Source: a virus (Duplodnaviria; Caudoviricetes). Taken from it: 64,000 bases of DNA. The notes under the pieces were generated by a model. That model saw only the letters and a list, made by a program, of their open reading frames with translations. It was not told the origin of the DNA and ran no database searches. The translations under genes and the position numbers were made by a program. Positions 1 through 9,494 of the stretch are shown here, one piece after another (position 1 is the stretch's first letter; every line of letters begins with the position of its first letter). Location of the stretch: IMG/VR virus record IMGVR_UViG_3300047561_001970, positions 21,100 to 85,099 of that record; one strand, given 5' to 3'.

Positions 1-1
1 G

Positions 2-538
2 GGCAATACTGATGCCAATTTTCAGCCTTGGTTTGCACCAGCAGGATTCACCAGAGGTGTTCTTCTAGGTGTCAATGACCTGGGCATATATCCTAAGATG
101 AAGCAACGTGACCAGCTCTATAAATTTGGTTTGAATCCAGTTGCTTTCTTCCCTGTTGAAGGATTTGTAATCTTTGGTCAGAAGACACTATTGAAGAAAC
201 CCAGTGCATTTGATCGCATCAATGTGCGCAGATTGTTCCTCAATCTTGAAATAGCAACCCGGGACACAGTCAAGTTTTTCATATTTGAGCCCAACACATT
301 GTTCACACGCACTCAAGTTGTTAACACAATCACCCCAATCTTTGAGAATGCCAAGAACACAGAAGGTGTTTATGACTATCTCATTATTTGTGATGAACGA
401 AACAACACACCGGATGTCATCGATAATAACGAGATGAAGGTGGACATTTATCTCAAGCCAGTACGTGCTGCAGAGTTTATTTTGGTAAGCTTCTATGCAA
501 CTCGCACCAGTCAAAACTTCCAGGAGTTATTAGCCTAA
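2..538 (+). CDS. Tail sheath protein, C-terminal part (T4 gp18-like); 5' end outside the window
   Basis: The frame is open from base 2 (GNTDANFQPWFAPAGFTRG...). It carries sheath signatures PWFAPAG.RG, FGQKTL, DRINVRRLF, FEPN and IYLKPVRAAEFI. Confidence 0.95.
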   Translation, partial: GNTDANFQPWFAPAGFTRGVLLGVNDLGIYPKMKQRDQLYKFGLNPVAFFPVEGFVIFGQKTLLKKPSAFDRINVRRLFLNLEIATRDTVKFFIFEPNTLFTRTQVVNTITPIFENAKNTEGVYDYLIICDERNNTPDVIDNNEMKVDIYLKPVRAAEFILVSFYATRTSQNFQELLA

Positions 539-551
539 AATAAAAAAGGAG

Positions 552-559
552 AATAAATA
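552..559 (+). promoter_or_regulatory. T4-like late promoter box (AATAAATA)
   Basis: Matches TATAAATA consensus at 7/8; 8 nt before the tail tube ATG. Confidence 0.6.
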
Positions 560-567
560 ATAATACT

Positions 568-1113
568 ATGCCAGCCGTCAAACAACTCATCTCGGATTTT
601 TATAGAGTAGCTTCTGCGCGTGATTTTCAGCGCGATATTCAATTCAGAGTATTGAGTATTGCCCCTGGTGGCACCACAACCACATTTGATGAGAATGATT
701 TAGTTTACGCAAGATCTGCTTCACTACCTGCCAGATCAATCAACAATGTAACAACAAGTTACATGGGATTAAATTTCAATTTACCTGGTGTTGCTTCATA
801 TCCCGATAGTGCTGCCTACTCTCTAACATTCTACAATGATGCAAAAAATAACATCAGACAAAAGTTTGAAGATTGGACACGTGATACCTTCAATGATACC
901 AACAGTACTGGAAACTATTTTACACCAACACAATCAAGCGTTATTGACCTTGTTCAACTTGATACTAAGATGGAGAAGGTTGCCCAGTATCAATTAATTG
1001 GTGTGAGTATCAGAGAAGTTGGCGGTATTAAATATGATTTCTCAGCTGGTAAAGGTGATATTGTTTCTTTTGACGTAAAATTAGCTTATCATTATTTCAC
1101 TCGTCAGTCCTAA
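568..1113 (+). CDS. Tail tube protein (T4 gp19-like)
   Basis: 181 aa, directly after the sheath. Pattern RSASLP..., YMG...LPG...Y...LTF.ND...IRQKFEDW, V.QLD, Y.L.G...VG.I.Y, V.F.V.LAY.YF is typical of the gp19 fold. Confidence 0.85.
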   Translation: MPAVKQLISDFYRVASARDFQRDIQFRVLSIAPGGTTTTFDENDLVYARSASLPARSINNVTTSYMGLNFNLPGVASYPDSAAYSLTFYNDAKNNIRQKFEDWTRDTFNDTNSTGNYFTPTQSSVIDLVQLDTKMEKVAQYQLIGVSIREVGGIKYDFSAGKGDIVSFDVKLAYHYFTRQS

Positions 1114-1119
1114 AATAAC

Positions 1120-1147
1120 ATTACTCCGATAAATATATTGGAGTAAT
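1120..1147 (+). promoter_or_regulatory. Hairpin ATTACTCC/GGAGTAAT sequestering the Shine-Dalgarno, with late promoter GATAAATA (1128-1135) in its loop
   Basis: Perfect 8-bp inverted repeat at 1120-1127 and 1140-1147; GGAG at 1140-1143 lies 9 nt before ATG 1153. Confidence 0.7.
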
Positions 1148-1152
1148 TGTTG

Positions 1153-2091
1153 ATGAATAATCCGCTAACTAATGCCCTGGAAGGGTTAACCAATAATGCC
1201 ATTGGCATTGGACGAGGAACTAATCCCCTCAGTCAACCACAAATAACAAATGTACTTGGGTTCAATATCCCAGGCGTTCCATTGATTAGTACACGGGACT
1301 ACTTCTTATTACAACTACAAAGCTGGTTAACGTCAATACCTCTTCAATCGCAATGGATTGCTGTAATAGACTCTTTCCCTCGCCTTCTCAACACAAATAT
1401 TATGCAGCAATTGGAACGTGTTGACGGCTCCAAGAAAGGTTATGATATAGACCAAGCAAAAACATTGTTAACTAGCTTTCCCTTTCAAAAGGTAATTGGG
1501 TGTGTATTTGCGCAAACTGCTCAAATACCATCTGAATCTTATGCTGTTAATGATATTACTATTGGTTCCAGTGGTAAAAGTCGGGGATTCATACCTGGTA
1601 TCATGACTGAAAACAGAACAGGGTACGCAAATAATCCGCTCCGCTTAGGTTTTCTGGAAACAAATACTAGTATTGTGGATAATGTATTTCGTCCTTGGGT
1701 TATGCTAGCCAATCATTTAGGGTTGGTGGCTTACCCAGGTGATCTGCCTGGACAGAAAGACATACGCAATGTGAAGAGCAACATAACACTGCTTTGCTAC
1801 ACAAGGAGCTACCAAAACATAAGTCAAATACCAAGGAAAGTGTTTAGATTTTACAATTGTGTACCGACCATTGTTAACAACATAAATCTTAGTTACGATG
1901 AACCTAATACTGCAACAATATATGATGTTAATTTCTCTTATACAAATTACACAGTTGAAAATAGCATGTATTTCCCGTTAGCAGATATTATCAATACAGT
2001 AAGCGGCATTACAAACGGTAACTACACACCGCAAGTATCTCCTCTGCAGGACGCTGCTTCACGAACATTGGATCTTGCAGGATTCTTCTAA
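1153..2091 (+). CDS. Second tube-fold protein, probable baseplate tail-tube initiator (gp54-like)
   Basis: C-terminal half resembles the tube fold (LGFLETN..IVD.VFRPW, FRFYNCVPT.V..I.LSY, YDVNFSYTNY); position after the tube gene. Start moved from TTG 1147 to ATG 1153 because of the SD. Confidence 0.55.
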   Translation: MNNPLTNALEGLTNNAIGIGRGTNPLSQPQITNVLGFNIPGVPLISTRDYFLLQLQSWLTSIPLQSQWIAVIDSFPRLLNTNIMQQLERVDGSKKGYDIDQAKTLLTSFPFQKVIGCVFAQTAQIPSESYAVNDITIGSSGKSRGFIPGIMTENRTGYANNPLRLGFLETNTSIVDNVFRPWVMLANHLGLVAYPGDLPGQKDIRNVKSNITLLCYTRSYQNISQIPRKVFRFYNCVPTIVNNINLSYDEPNTATIYDVNFSYTNYTVENSMYFPLADIINTVSGITNGNYTPQVSPLQDAASRTLDLAGFF

Positions 2092-2936
2092 TGCGCTCCT
2101 TTCACCTCAATTGCTGGGCACCAAGTTTAAAGCAATATCTTAAAATTGCTGAGTTAAAGATGTATCAATTAGAGATAATTAGTAAATACATACTTAATGA
2201 AGATGATGAAAGTTTGAATCAAACATTTAACGATATTCTTCAGGAAAATCTGGAGCAAAAAGAACTTTTTTTTAGACTAACTCGCTATGATAAATGGTTT
2301 TTATTACTATTTTTAAGAGCTTCATCTGTGTCTGGTCAATTATTTTATCGAGCCAAAAATACAGACGAAAGCACATGTGCTCTCACATTTGATCTTTTTG
2401 ATATACTTACAGATCTATCGGAACTCACAATTCCCACTATTGAAAATTTACAATTAGATGATATTGAAATTACATTTACACCTGTTAAAGATTTGTATTC
2501 AGTTAATTATCTGCATGAAAGTATCTTTAAAATTCATATTAATAATAAAGATTTTTACCCTGGTGCGTTTGACCAGAATACTAAAGAAAGATTTTTTAGT
2601 ACTATTGATAAAACAGCCATTACGGAAATATACAATCACCTTCGTAAATATGATCAAGCATTTGAGTCTGTTTATATCATTAATAACGACAAGCAGCTAA
2701 AAGATTTTTACTCAGTTAAGTTTAATCTTCTCGGAAATACATTGTTTGGATTTTTAAAATCGACTTTTATACCTCAAGCACAAGGTCTTTACAAGAAAAA
2801 ATATGCACTACTTACAAAATTAAATTTGGACAGTAATACTATCAATGGGTTGACACCTTCAGAGTGTGATATTTATCTTAACATTTTTAACACAGACAAG
2901 GAGTTCACTACTACAGATAACTCTGTAAGCCTGTAA
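2091..2936 (+). CDS. Baseplate hub assembly protein (gp26/gp51-like)
   Basis: 281 aa in the baseplate block; D..FL.LFLRASSV motif and C-terminal L.P.E..IYL pattern recall gp26/gp51. Assignment is partly positional. Confidence 0.45.
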   Translation: MRSFHLNCWAPSLKQYLKIAELKMYQLEIISKYILNEDDESLNQTFNDILQENLEQKELFFRLTRYDKWFLLLFLRASSVSGQLFYRAKNTDESTCALTFDLFDILTDLSELTIPTIENLQLDDIEITFTPVKDLYSVNYLHESIFKIHINNKDFYPGAFDQNTKERFFSTIDKTAITEIYNHLRKYDQAFESVYIINNDKQLKDFYSVKFNLLGNTLFGFLKSTFIPQAQGLYKKKYALLTKLNLDSNTINGLTPSECDIYLNIFNTDKEFTTTDNSVSL

Positions 2937-2947
2937 GATAATTTTGT

Positions 2948-2955
2948 TATAAGTA
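2948..2955 (+). promoter_or_regulatory. Late promoter variant TATAAGTA
   Basis: 7/8 match; 4 nt before ATG 2960, the same spacing as the other late genes. Confidence 0.5.
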
Positions 2956-2959
2956 TATT

Positions 2960-4396
2960 ATGGACTATGATGTTAATAGCGATGCTTTAGATAAAGCACA
3001 GAACTCCTATAAAGATCTGTACGCAAAAACATATAGTGTACCCAGAGAGCAGCTCAATAATATGGGTCAAGAAGACTTGGACGCGTTAGAAAAGACACTT
3101 GCTAATCGTGCTAGCAAGGTCGCTTTTACAGATATTAAACCAGCAAATCGTCCTAAGCCCGCAACCGCAATTACAACAAAAGATGTGACTCTGCCCAAAG
3201 TAGAAGAGACAGAGCCACCTATTAGCATGAGCAGTGAAGCCTCCTCACTTGTTGCTCCTTCTCCAGAAACACAACAAATTCAACCCTCATCTTCTCCCAA
3301 CATGGGCACGTTGCCTGTTACACAGCTGTCTAATGCAACAAACACGGATAATTCTCAAGAGATCAAGCCTCCTGTAGTGCAAAACATTACCGTGCAGCAG
3401 GAACTTCAACTGCGCAAAGAATACCCATTTTTTGACTTTGACAAATTACCACAAGATGGGGAGCAAGCAAAACGCTTTGAAATGTTTAAAAAGGACTTGA
3501 TGTCACAGTTGAGCAGCAAGCAAAATACTAATCCTAGTAATATACCTGTAATTGCTCCAAATAATGAAGCAGAGGTACCTAGTACCATAAAAACTCCTGT
3601 AGACACAAACGATATACTGAGTGTAGGTGATAAAAATACATCCATTACTGTGGATCAAGAGCGTCAGTTACGTGAAGAGTATCCATTTTTTGACTTTGAT
3701 AAGTTGCCAGAAAATGTAGATGAAGCAAACACTTTACAGGCACTGAAAAAGAATCTTGTAACACAGCTGGATGAAAAGAAAGTACAACAAGCTGCTCCAC
3801 TTGCTACACTGCCTGAACCTATTCTACCTGTTGAAGTTCCAGTTTCGCAAAACAATAGCATAGAACCATTACAGACTATACCTGAAACTGTAAACCCATC
3901 ACCAGTTAACAATACGCCGCCCACACCAATTGCTAAACCTACTGAAGAACCAATGTCGCCTGTTAATGAAGCAGAAAAGTACCCGGCTGCGGAAGAGAAT
4001 ATAAACGAAATAATTGCCAATATAGCCAAGCAGTATCCTCAACAGAATGCCCCAGTACAAGAGCCAGCTACACCTGTAACTAGTCTTTCTGAAAGTGCAT
4101 TAAAATCAATCAATGAAAATATTACAAATATGGTCAAAACAACGACAACGTCTTCTAAGGAATTAAAAGGCTCAATAGATGAGTTAAAGTCTATTGCTGG
4201 GCAGATTCTAGCCTATTTGCCTAGCATACAGCCATCAACCAATGTAGCAGTATCACAAAATGGAGAGCAACAAAAATCTCAACCAATTAATTCACGGTTA
4301 ATTGAGAGTGTTAGAGATGAGTACAGAAAACAGACTAGCAAAGGTATCATAGACATCAATAATAGTCGCACTTCATTACCAGGATTCACAATCTAA
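2960..4396 (+). CDS. Pro/Gln/Glu-rich low-complexity protein, possible tape-measure/hub (gp29 position)
   Basis: 478 aa, mostly predicted disordered, with a duplicated motif QLR.EYPFFDFDKLP. It lies between the gp26-like and gp48-like genes. Function is inferred from synteny only. Confidence 0.35.
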   Translation: MDYDVNSDALDKAQNSYKDLYAKTYSVPREQLNNMGQEDLDALEKTLANRASKVAFTDIKPANRPKPATAITTKDVTLPKVEETEPPISMSSEASSLVAPSPETQQIQPSSSPNMGTLPVTQLSNATNTDNSQEIKPPVVQNITVQQELQLRKEYPFFDFDKLPQDGEQAKRFEMFKKDLMSQLSSKQNTNPSNIPVIAPNNEAEVPSTIKTPVDTNDILSVGDKNTSITVDQERQLREEYPFFDFDKLPENVDEANTLQALKKNLVTQLDEKKVQQAAPLATLPEPILPVEVPVSQNNSIEPLQTIPETVNPSPVNNTPPTPIAKPTEEPMSPVNEAEKYPAAEENINEIIANIAKQYPQQNAPVQEPATPVTSLSESALKSINENITNMVKTTTTSSKELKGSIDELKSIAGQILAYLPSIQPSTNVAVSQNGEQQKSQPINSRLIESVRDEYRKQTSKGIIDINNSRTSLPGFTI

Positions 4397-5775
4397 TGAA
4401 TTTATCTAATACACTATATTCTTTTAAAGAACAAGAAAAGCGATTTGGCGCACCAAAAGCGGTTCCTGTGCAAGGTGGATCATCCACAGGCGGTGCAAAT
4501 TGCATAGGCGACACTGCAACAGGATTTTCTCTATATGATGTTATCAATGATTTTCAATGGACAACCTCTCCTGCTGAAAGTAAAGTTGGCGTTCCCGAGA
4601 TTTTCTTAAAAGAAAAAAGATTGATTACTAATTCCTTTGTTGCACAGGCTGCCTACTATACATACGCGTTGCAAGAATCTACTGCAGATGCAACCACCTT
4701 TGTTGCAAATTTTAAGGCAAAATTTGGTACCCTCGCTGGCACAGCTCTAGATGCAGCATTAGGCGCTGCCATAACAAATCAACTTGGTGGTAGGCAAATA
4801 TCACAAGCAGTGGGCAAGGGCGCTAGTCTATCGCCACAGCTAGCTGCATATTCTAGTATTATTCAGGCAGGCACTCAGGCTGCAGGAGGGGCTGTTGGTG
4901 CAAGTATAGGTGGCGCAGGAGTTCTTAATAATCTAAGTCGACTGGCGGGGGGTGCTTTGGATATTGCGCAAACTGCTGGAGCAAACCTAAATGTTGAGAG
5001 TTTAAATAGCAAATACTTGCTACCATATGAGGGGCTATATTTAACGGAGGATACACAATTTTATTATAGATTTCCATACTTTGTTAACAACTTGAATGAC
5101 ATTAGTAACAAATTTAGTAACACACCAAATCTCAATCCTGCAGAAATAGGTGGCCCAGCTGGATCATTCTATGGCTTATCTGAAGGTCTGGGAGCTGCTG
5201 CAATGACTGTAGCTGCTAATGCAAACTTAAATGCACCTGGGGTATATATAGAAAAACCAAAATTTTATAATTTTAGTGAAGATGGTGAAGCTTTAGTATT
5301 TAAATTCCCTCTTGTTAACACTGGATGGGCAACTTACACAGACGTATTACGCAATTGGCAATTGCTGTATTTACTAGCCTATCAAAATAGACCCAATCGA
5401 CGAAGCAGAGATTTAATTGATCCACCTGTAATTTATGAGGTTAGTATTCCGGGTTCTCGTTATTATCCCTACGCTTACATCGAGACTATGAAAGTTGCGT
5501 TTGTTGGGTCTGTAAGGAAGATGTTGATTGATGTTCCATATGGCACCAGCACAATAAAGATTGAATCCATCATACCAGATGCTTATGATGTGACGATAAC
5601 TCTGAGAGCCTTGGTGAGAGAATCGCAGAATTTCCTGTATTCTATGCTATACGACAAATATAACATTATTTCAACTTCATCAACTAGAACTTTGCAAGAA
5701 ACACAAGATATAATTGGGGTGCCTAAAGAATTTACTGGTGTTGGTGGTGTATTTAGACAGGGAGCAGCACAATGA
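4396..5775 (+). CDS. Baseplate tail-tube junction protein (gp48-like) with Gly/Ala-rich insert
   Basis: C-terminal FKFPL.NT, NRP.R..R.LIDPPVIYEVSIPG...P.AYI..M.V.F, IP.AY.VTITL pattern of the gp48 family. Confidence 0.6.
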   Translation: MNLSNTLYSFKEQEKRFGAPKAVPVQGGSSTGGANCIGDTATGFSLYDVINDFQWTTSPAESKVGVPEIFLKEKRLITNSFVAQAAYYTYALQESTADATTFVANFKAKFGTLAGTALDAALGAAITNQLGGRQISQAVGKGASLSPQLAAYSSIIQAGTQAAGGAVGASIGGAGVLNNLSRLAGGALDIAQTAGANLNVESLNSKYLLPYEGLYLTEDTQFYYRFPYFVNNLNDISNKFSNTPNLNPAEIGGPAGSFYGLSEGLGAAAMTVAANANLNAPGVYIEKPKFYNFSEDGEALVFKFPLVNTGWATYTDVLRNWQLLYLLAYQNRPNRRSRDLIDPPVIYEVSIPGSRYYPYAYIETMKVAFVGSVRKMLIDVPYGTSTIKIESIIPDAYDVTITLRALVRESQNFLYSMLYDKYNIISTSSTRTLQETQDIIGVPKEFTGVGGVFRQGAAQ

Positions 5776-6164
5776 TTGGGTTATCTGCATTGGGTAGTTT
5801 TAGGGAAGACATAGCATCTTTGGCGCAACTATCACAGAATAGCTATGAGAATATTTTTAGAATGTATCCCACAGAGGACACACAAACAAAGACATTTCTT
5901 TATTATAATCTTCTCAATAGTATATATATACCCACACCGTTGCAGTCAGATACTTACTACACCATTACCTTGAATAGGATCATGCCATGGACTGTTATTA
6001 GTTACGATGAATACAAGACAATGAATCTGTGGTGGTTAATTGTATTGGCAAATAACATCTATAACCCCATAATGTACCCACCTGCAGGTACCCGTCTCAA
6101 TATCATAAAGCCTAGTTTCGTCCCGGCAATTATTAACAACATCAATGTTCAATTAAAACAATAA
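5772..6164 (+). CDS. Baseplate wedge protein (gp53-like, LysM-like)
   Basis: ISY..Y.T.NLWWLI.LANNI.NP...G..L.I motif typical of gp53. Confidence 0.8.
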   Translation: MIGLSALGSFREDIASLAQLSQNSYENIFRMYPTEDTQTKTFLYYNLLNSIYIPTPLQSDTYYTITLNRIMPWTVISYDEYKTMNLWWLIVLANNIYNPIMYPPAGTRLNIIKPSFVPAIINNINVQLKQ

Positions 6165-7708
6165 TGCACCCTGTACTACAAAATCTTGGTTTTAACTCTT
6201 TTGATGATGATATTGTAACGATATCAGATAATAAGTACCACTTCAACGTCATACTGTTGAATACTAGTGGAAATTTTGCTAAAATAAATTATTCTGCTAT
6301 TGTCGATTTTAAGATGGTAGACAGAATTTCTTCTTTTTACACTAATGGTTATATTGTTTTTAATAATCAGTTAGACACTCTAGAGAGCTTTGATAGCATT
6401 GGAAGTAATACAGATGGTGAAATAAACAAATCATTTAAACCATATGCCTTTCGTGGAGATGGTAGAGATTTATTACTGGTTCAAATAGAACCATTTTTTG
6501 ATCGTGATGATATGGGCGTTCTTAATAATTCTAAAACTAAAAATCCTGATTTATCCATAAATTATCTTTTTTCGGTATACGATTCGGAAGATCTTATTTT
6601 TGAAGATAAAACCATGAAGCAAAAAAAGCTTTTTCTATATGACTACACCTATCAACTTTTAAAAGAAAAAAATTCTTATTTTAGTACAGGAAGATATAGC
6701 AAAGGTACAGGAAATGAAGAGCGTAGTATATATACAGGTGATGCAATAAAAAAGCTCTTAGAAGAAGTCTACAAAGAATACAACCTCACATTACAAATAG
6801 GAGAATGGGACCAGGGTGGTACAAAGATTTTCTACAGCAGTCCATCTCATTATAAGGCTATTGATGATTTACAATATTTGCTTGATAACCATGTGAGCGA
6901 TTCTGCCAATCAAAATTGTCCCGCTATACTAATGAAACATAATGAGGTTTGGTCGTTGACTCCAATTACAAAATTATTTACTAATGCATACTATCGTGGA
7001 AATAATTCGTTTGGTGATTTAGGGGGCTCAGGTCTAGTAGAAAACTTTATTCTCGGAAAACAACAAACGGACAGCGGCGCAGCCAATGATCAACCTAAAC
7101 GAAATCCCTCATCCCTATTTTCGTATGATTTAACTGATTATTCCTTAGTTGATAATTTTCAAATATCAAACCCTGCATCAGTTGATGTGACTAATAACCT
7201 AGTTTCTCATATGGTGCATAACTACGATGTAAACAAGAAAGTGTTCAGCATTGATATAACAGAGAATAATATCAACAAAAGTGTGGAAACATATAAGAAG
7301 AACTTTGTTAATACCTTGAAGGGTAGCAGAGGTCTCAACCCTACATCCAACCTGCCTCTAAATCAAACAAGACTCCAGCAAAAAAATATTCTGAACAAAT
7401 ACAATCCCAACCCAGACCAGATATCACGGTTAAACTCAGGTCGAAACAGATTCTTACTCTCAAGTATTTTTCTCAATACTTCTATATCATTTAGATGTCG
7501 CGGCAATGTGGTGAGAAACCCTGGCAAATTCATTACTATTTCACGTTCTGATAGCCAGACTAATAACGAATTTGATAATAAATCTTTAGGTATGTACATG
7601 GTAACTGCAATTGAGCATGTGTTTGGCACTGGCACATATTTTAACAATATAGTTGCTGTTAAAACTTACAATTTCAATAAAGGTAACAACAGTGATGCAT
7701 CCATATGA
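6164..7708 (+). CDS. Baseplate hub protein (gp27/Mu gp44-like)
   Basis: 514 aa; C-terminal G...R.PGKFI.I...SLGMYMVTAIEHVF..G.Y.N.I.AVK is the hub C-terminal barrel signature. Confidence 0.6.
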   Translation: MHPVLQNLGFNSFDDDIVTISDNKYHFNVILLNTSGNFAKINYSAIVDFKMVDRISSFYTNGYIVFNNQLDTLESFDSIGSNTDGEINKSFKPYAFRGDGRDLLLVQIEPFFDRDDMGVLNNSKTKNPDLSINYLFSVYDSEDLIFEDKTMKQKKLFLYDYTYQLLKEKNSYFSTGRYSKGTGNEERSIYTGDAIKKLLEEVYKEYNLTLQIGEWDQGGTKIFYSSPSHYKAIDDLQYLLDNHVSDSANQNCPAILMKHNEVWSLTPITKLFTNAYYRGNNSFGDLGGSGLVENFILGKQQTDSGAANDQPKRNPSSLFSYDLTDYSLVDNFQISNPASVDVTNNLVSHMVHNYDVNKKVFSIDITENNINKSVETYKKNFVNTLKGSRGLNPTSNLPLNQTRLQQKNILNKYNPNPDQISRLNSGRNRFLLSSIFLNTSISFRCRGNVVRNPGKFITISRSDSQTNNEFDNKSLGMYMVTAIEHVFGTGTYFNNIVAVKTYNFNKGNNSDASI

Positions 7709-8550
7709 ACTCTAAAACTATAGACCCTCAGTTAACACAAATTAATCTCTTCTATAAGAAAGAGTTCTATAACAAAGCATCAAATTTTTTATCTACTATT
7801 AATAGCTACTCCACTGAACTGCAGACTTCCATTGATTACAGTCTGACAAAGGTACAGAATGATGTTATTACATCACAGAGAGATTTCTTTATTAAACTAG
7901 ATAATCAAATGAAGACCATGCAACCACAATTTGCTGCAGATTGGATTTCTAAATTTAATACTGCTCTTAATGAAGTAAAAAACCAAGTAAGAGTAAAAAT
8001 TAATGAAGGGACTTTCTATAAACAATTTAGCGATAGCATAGGTAGTTTGGCGCGACTAGAGAACTATTTGGATGACTCCTTGCAGCTTGTAAGTGATGTC
8101 ACAGGTAGCAAGATGATGACACCATTACGGTATGGTGCAAGTTTGACCAATAAAATGAGTCCATCGACACAACTGCTACATGCAGAACTCAGTAAGAAAA
8201 CAAATATGGTATTTCGCAAAAATATTCAAAATATACAGAGCACAGTGCAGAGTGGCAATGTTTCTCAAGGAAGCAATTTAACACCTGATACCCAGCATTT
8301 TGTTCGCATGAAAAACGCCATACCTGGGTTAAATCAAAAAATACAATCAGAATTTAAGGAACTATACAACGTTATACAGCTGTACTGCAACTACAACCCA
8401 CGTGCCGCCACTAACAACATACAATTTGTGCCCAATACTAATATTTCTGTTAATGTTGAAGGCAATACTTTGAATCAAGACCTCTTATTTAATCAACTAA
8501 AAGAAGTTACAAGCTCGGTGACGACTCGGAAAGTTCTGGGGGTTTCGTAA
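7705..8550 (+). CDS. Hypothetical protein (helical; baseplate operon)
   Basis: 281-aa ORF coupled to the previous gene by an ATGA overlap; no family recognised; overlaps the convergent gene by 44 nt. Confidence 0.6.
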   Translation: MNSKTIDPQLTQINLFYKKEFYNKASNFLSTINSYSTELQTSIDYSLTKVQNDVITSQRDFFIKLDNQMKTMQPQFAADWISKFNTALNEVKNQVRVKINEGTFYKQFSDSIGSLARLENYLDDSLQLVSDVTGSKMMTPLRYGASLTNKMSPSTQLLHAELSKKTNMVFRKNIQNIQSTVQSGNVSQGSNLTPDTQHFVRMKNAIPGLNQKIQSEFKELYNVIQLYCNYNPRAATNNIQFVPNTNISVNVEGNTLNQDLLFNQLKEVTSSVTTRKVLGVS

Positions 8551-9001
8551 TTATCGAAGCTTCTGCCTCTATCACCTTAGCATCTTCCATTATCTTCTTA
8601 AAGAGTTCGTCTCGGGTAATAAAAAGACCTACTCTGTTCTCTTCTTGCTTAATATTTTTCCTTGCCTCAATCTCCATGGTCTTAAGATCCTTGGCACTGT
8701 CACGCTTTATCTGGGACACATGAATATCCTTGACCACAGAGAGTGCACTTGCTACTGCTTTTAGTGCATCAGATAGAGCCAGTACTTCTCTGCTTTCCGG
8801 ATTATTCATAACATACTCTTTCACCCCTTCCACAATTTCAAGCCCCTGAGTTACCAATCTACCTGTACTGTTCAATACAAATTCTTCCAATTTATCCTTG
8901 GGCAAATTAAACTCTTCATTCTTTAGGAGAGCTTTATTTTCCTTGGTATTAATGTTCAGTTCATTAATAAGATCATTGACACTGAATTCTTTTTCGTCCA
9001 C
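8507..9001 (-). CDS. Terminase small subunit (T4 gp16-like)
   Basis: L...GLE.VE......NNPESREVLALSDALKAVASA...V.DIH....K and C-terminal LFITRDELFKKI parallel the gp16 HPRAYEV...LIK / VFVGST.EL.K pattern. GTG start at 9001 chosen because GATAAATA (9013-9006) lies 4 nt upstream. Confidence 0.55.
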   Translation of the reverse strand: MDEKEFSVNDLINELNINTKENKALLKNEEFNLPKDKLEEFVLNSTGRLVTQGLEIVEGVKEYVMNNPESREVLALSDALKAVASALSVVKDIHVSQIKRDSAKDLKTMEIEARKNIKQEENRVGLFITRDELFKKIMEDAKVIEAEASIITKPPELSESSPSL

Positions 9002-9015
9002 ATTATATTTATCCA

Positions 9016-9043
9016 TTGAATTCGATATACCATACGTTATATT
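9016..9043 (+). promoter_or_regulatory. Sigma70-like promoter TTGAAT-N16-TATATT upstream of dut
   Basis: -35-like TTGAAT 9016-9021; -10-like TATATT 9038-9043; ATG 6 nt downstream. Confidence 0.4.
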
Positions 9044-9049
9044 AGGTTT

Positions 9050-9493
9050 ATGGAGCTACCCACCTATAATCCTTTCATGAAGTTCGAAAAAACACACCCA
9101 GGAGCTGTGTTACCACAGAAGAATTACCCGTCTGATTCAGGTTGGGATCTCTCAGCTGTGGAAAACACAGTCATTCCAGCCAATGGCCGAGTTGTAGTGC
9201 CAGTAGGCTTAAAATTAGCTTACATTGAACCGGGGTATTGGATAAGTGTGGAATCAAGATCAGGATTAAGTTTCAAAAGTGGTGTTCTGGCACATCCTGG
9301 TGTCATTGATCAGAACTACAGAGGGGACTTGGGAGTGCTACTGTACAATCATTGTGATCAAGCATATCAGGTTAATAGAGGTGATAGGATTGCACAGTTG
9401 GTAGTACACTTTAACATTCAAATGTCTGTTGATTGGGGTGCAGTACAGATAGCTGATCGTGGTGAAAAGGGTTTTGGCAGCAGCGGTAAATAA
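9050..9493 (+). CDS. dut: Trimeric dUTPase
   Basis: All five motifs: SGWDL, RSGL, GVIDQNYRGDL, GDRIAQLV, RGEKGFGSSG. Confidence 0.97.
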   Translation: MELPTYNPFMKFEKTHPGAVLPQKNYPSDSGWDLSAVENTVIPANGRVVVPVGLKLAYIEPGYWISVESRSGLSFKSGVLAHPGVIDQNYRGDLGVLLYNHCDQAYQVNRGDRIAQLVVHFNIQMSVDWGAVQIADRGEKGFGSSGK

Positions 9494-9494
9494 T

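Noticed and set aside
7705-8550. Functional significance of the 44-nt convergent overlap with the small terminase gene
   Set aside because: Short tail-to-tail overlaps are common in compact phage genomes; no additional structure seen.
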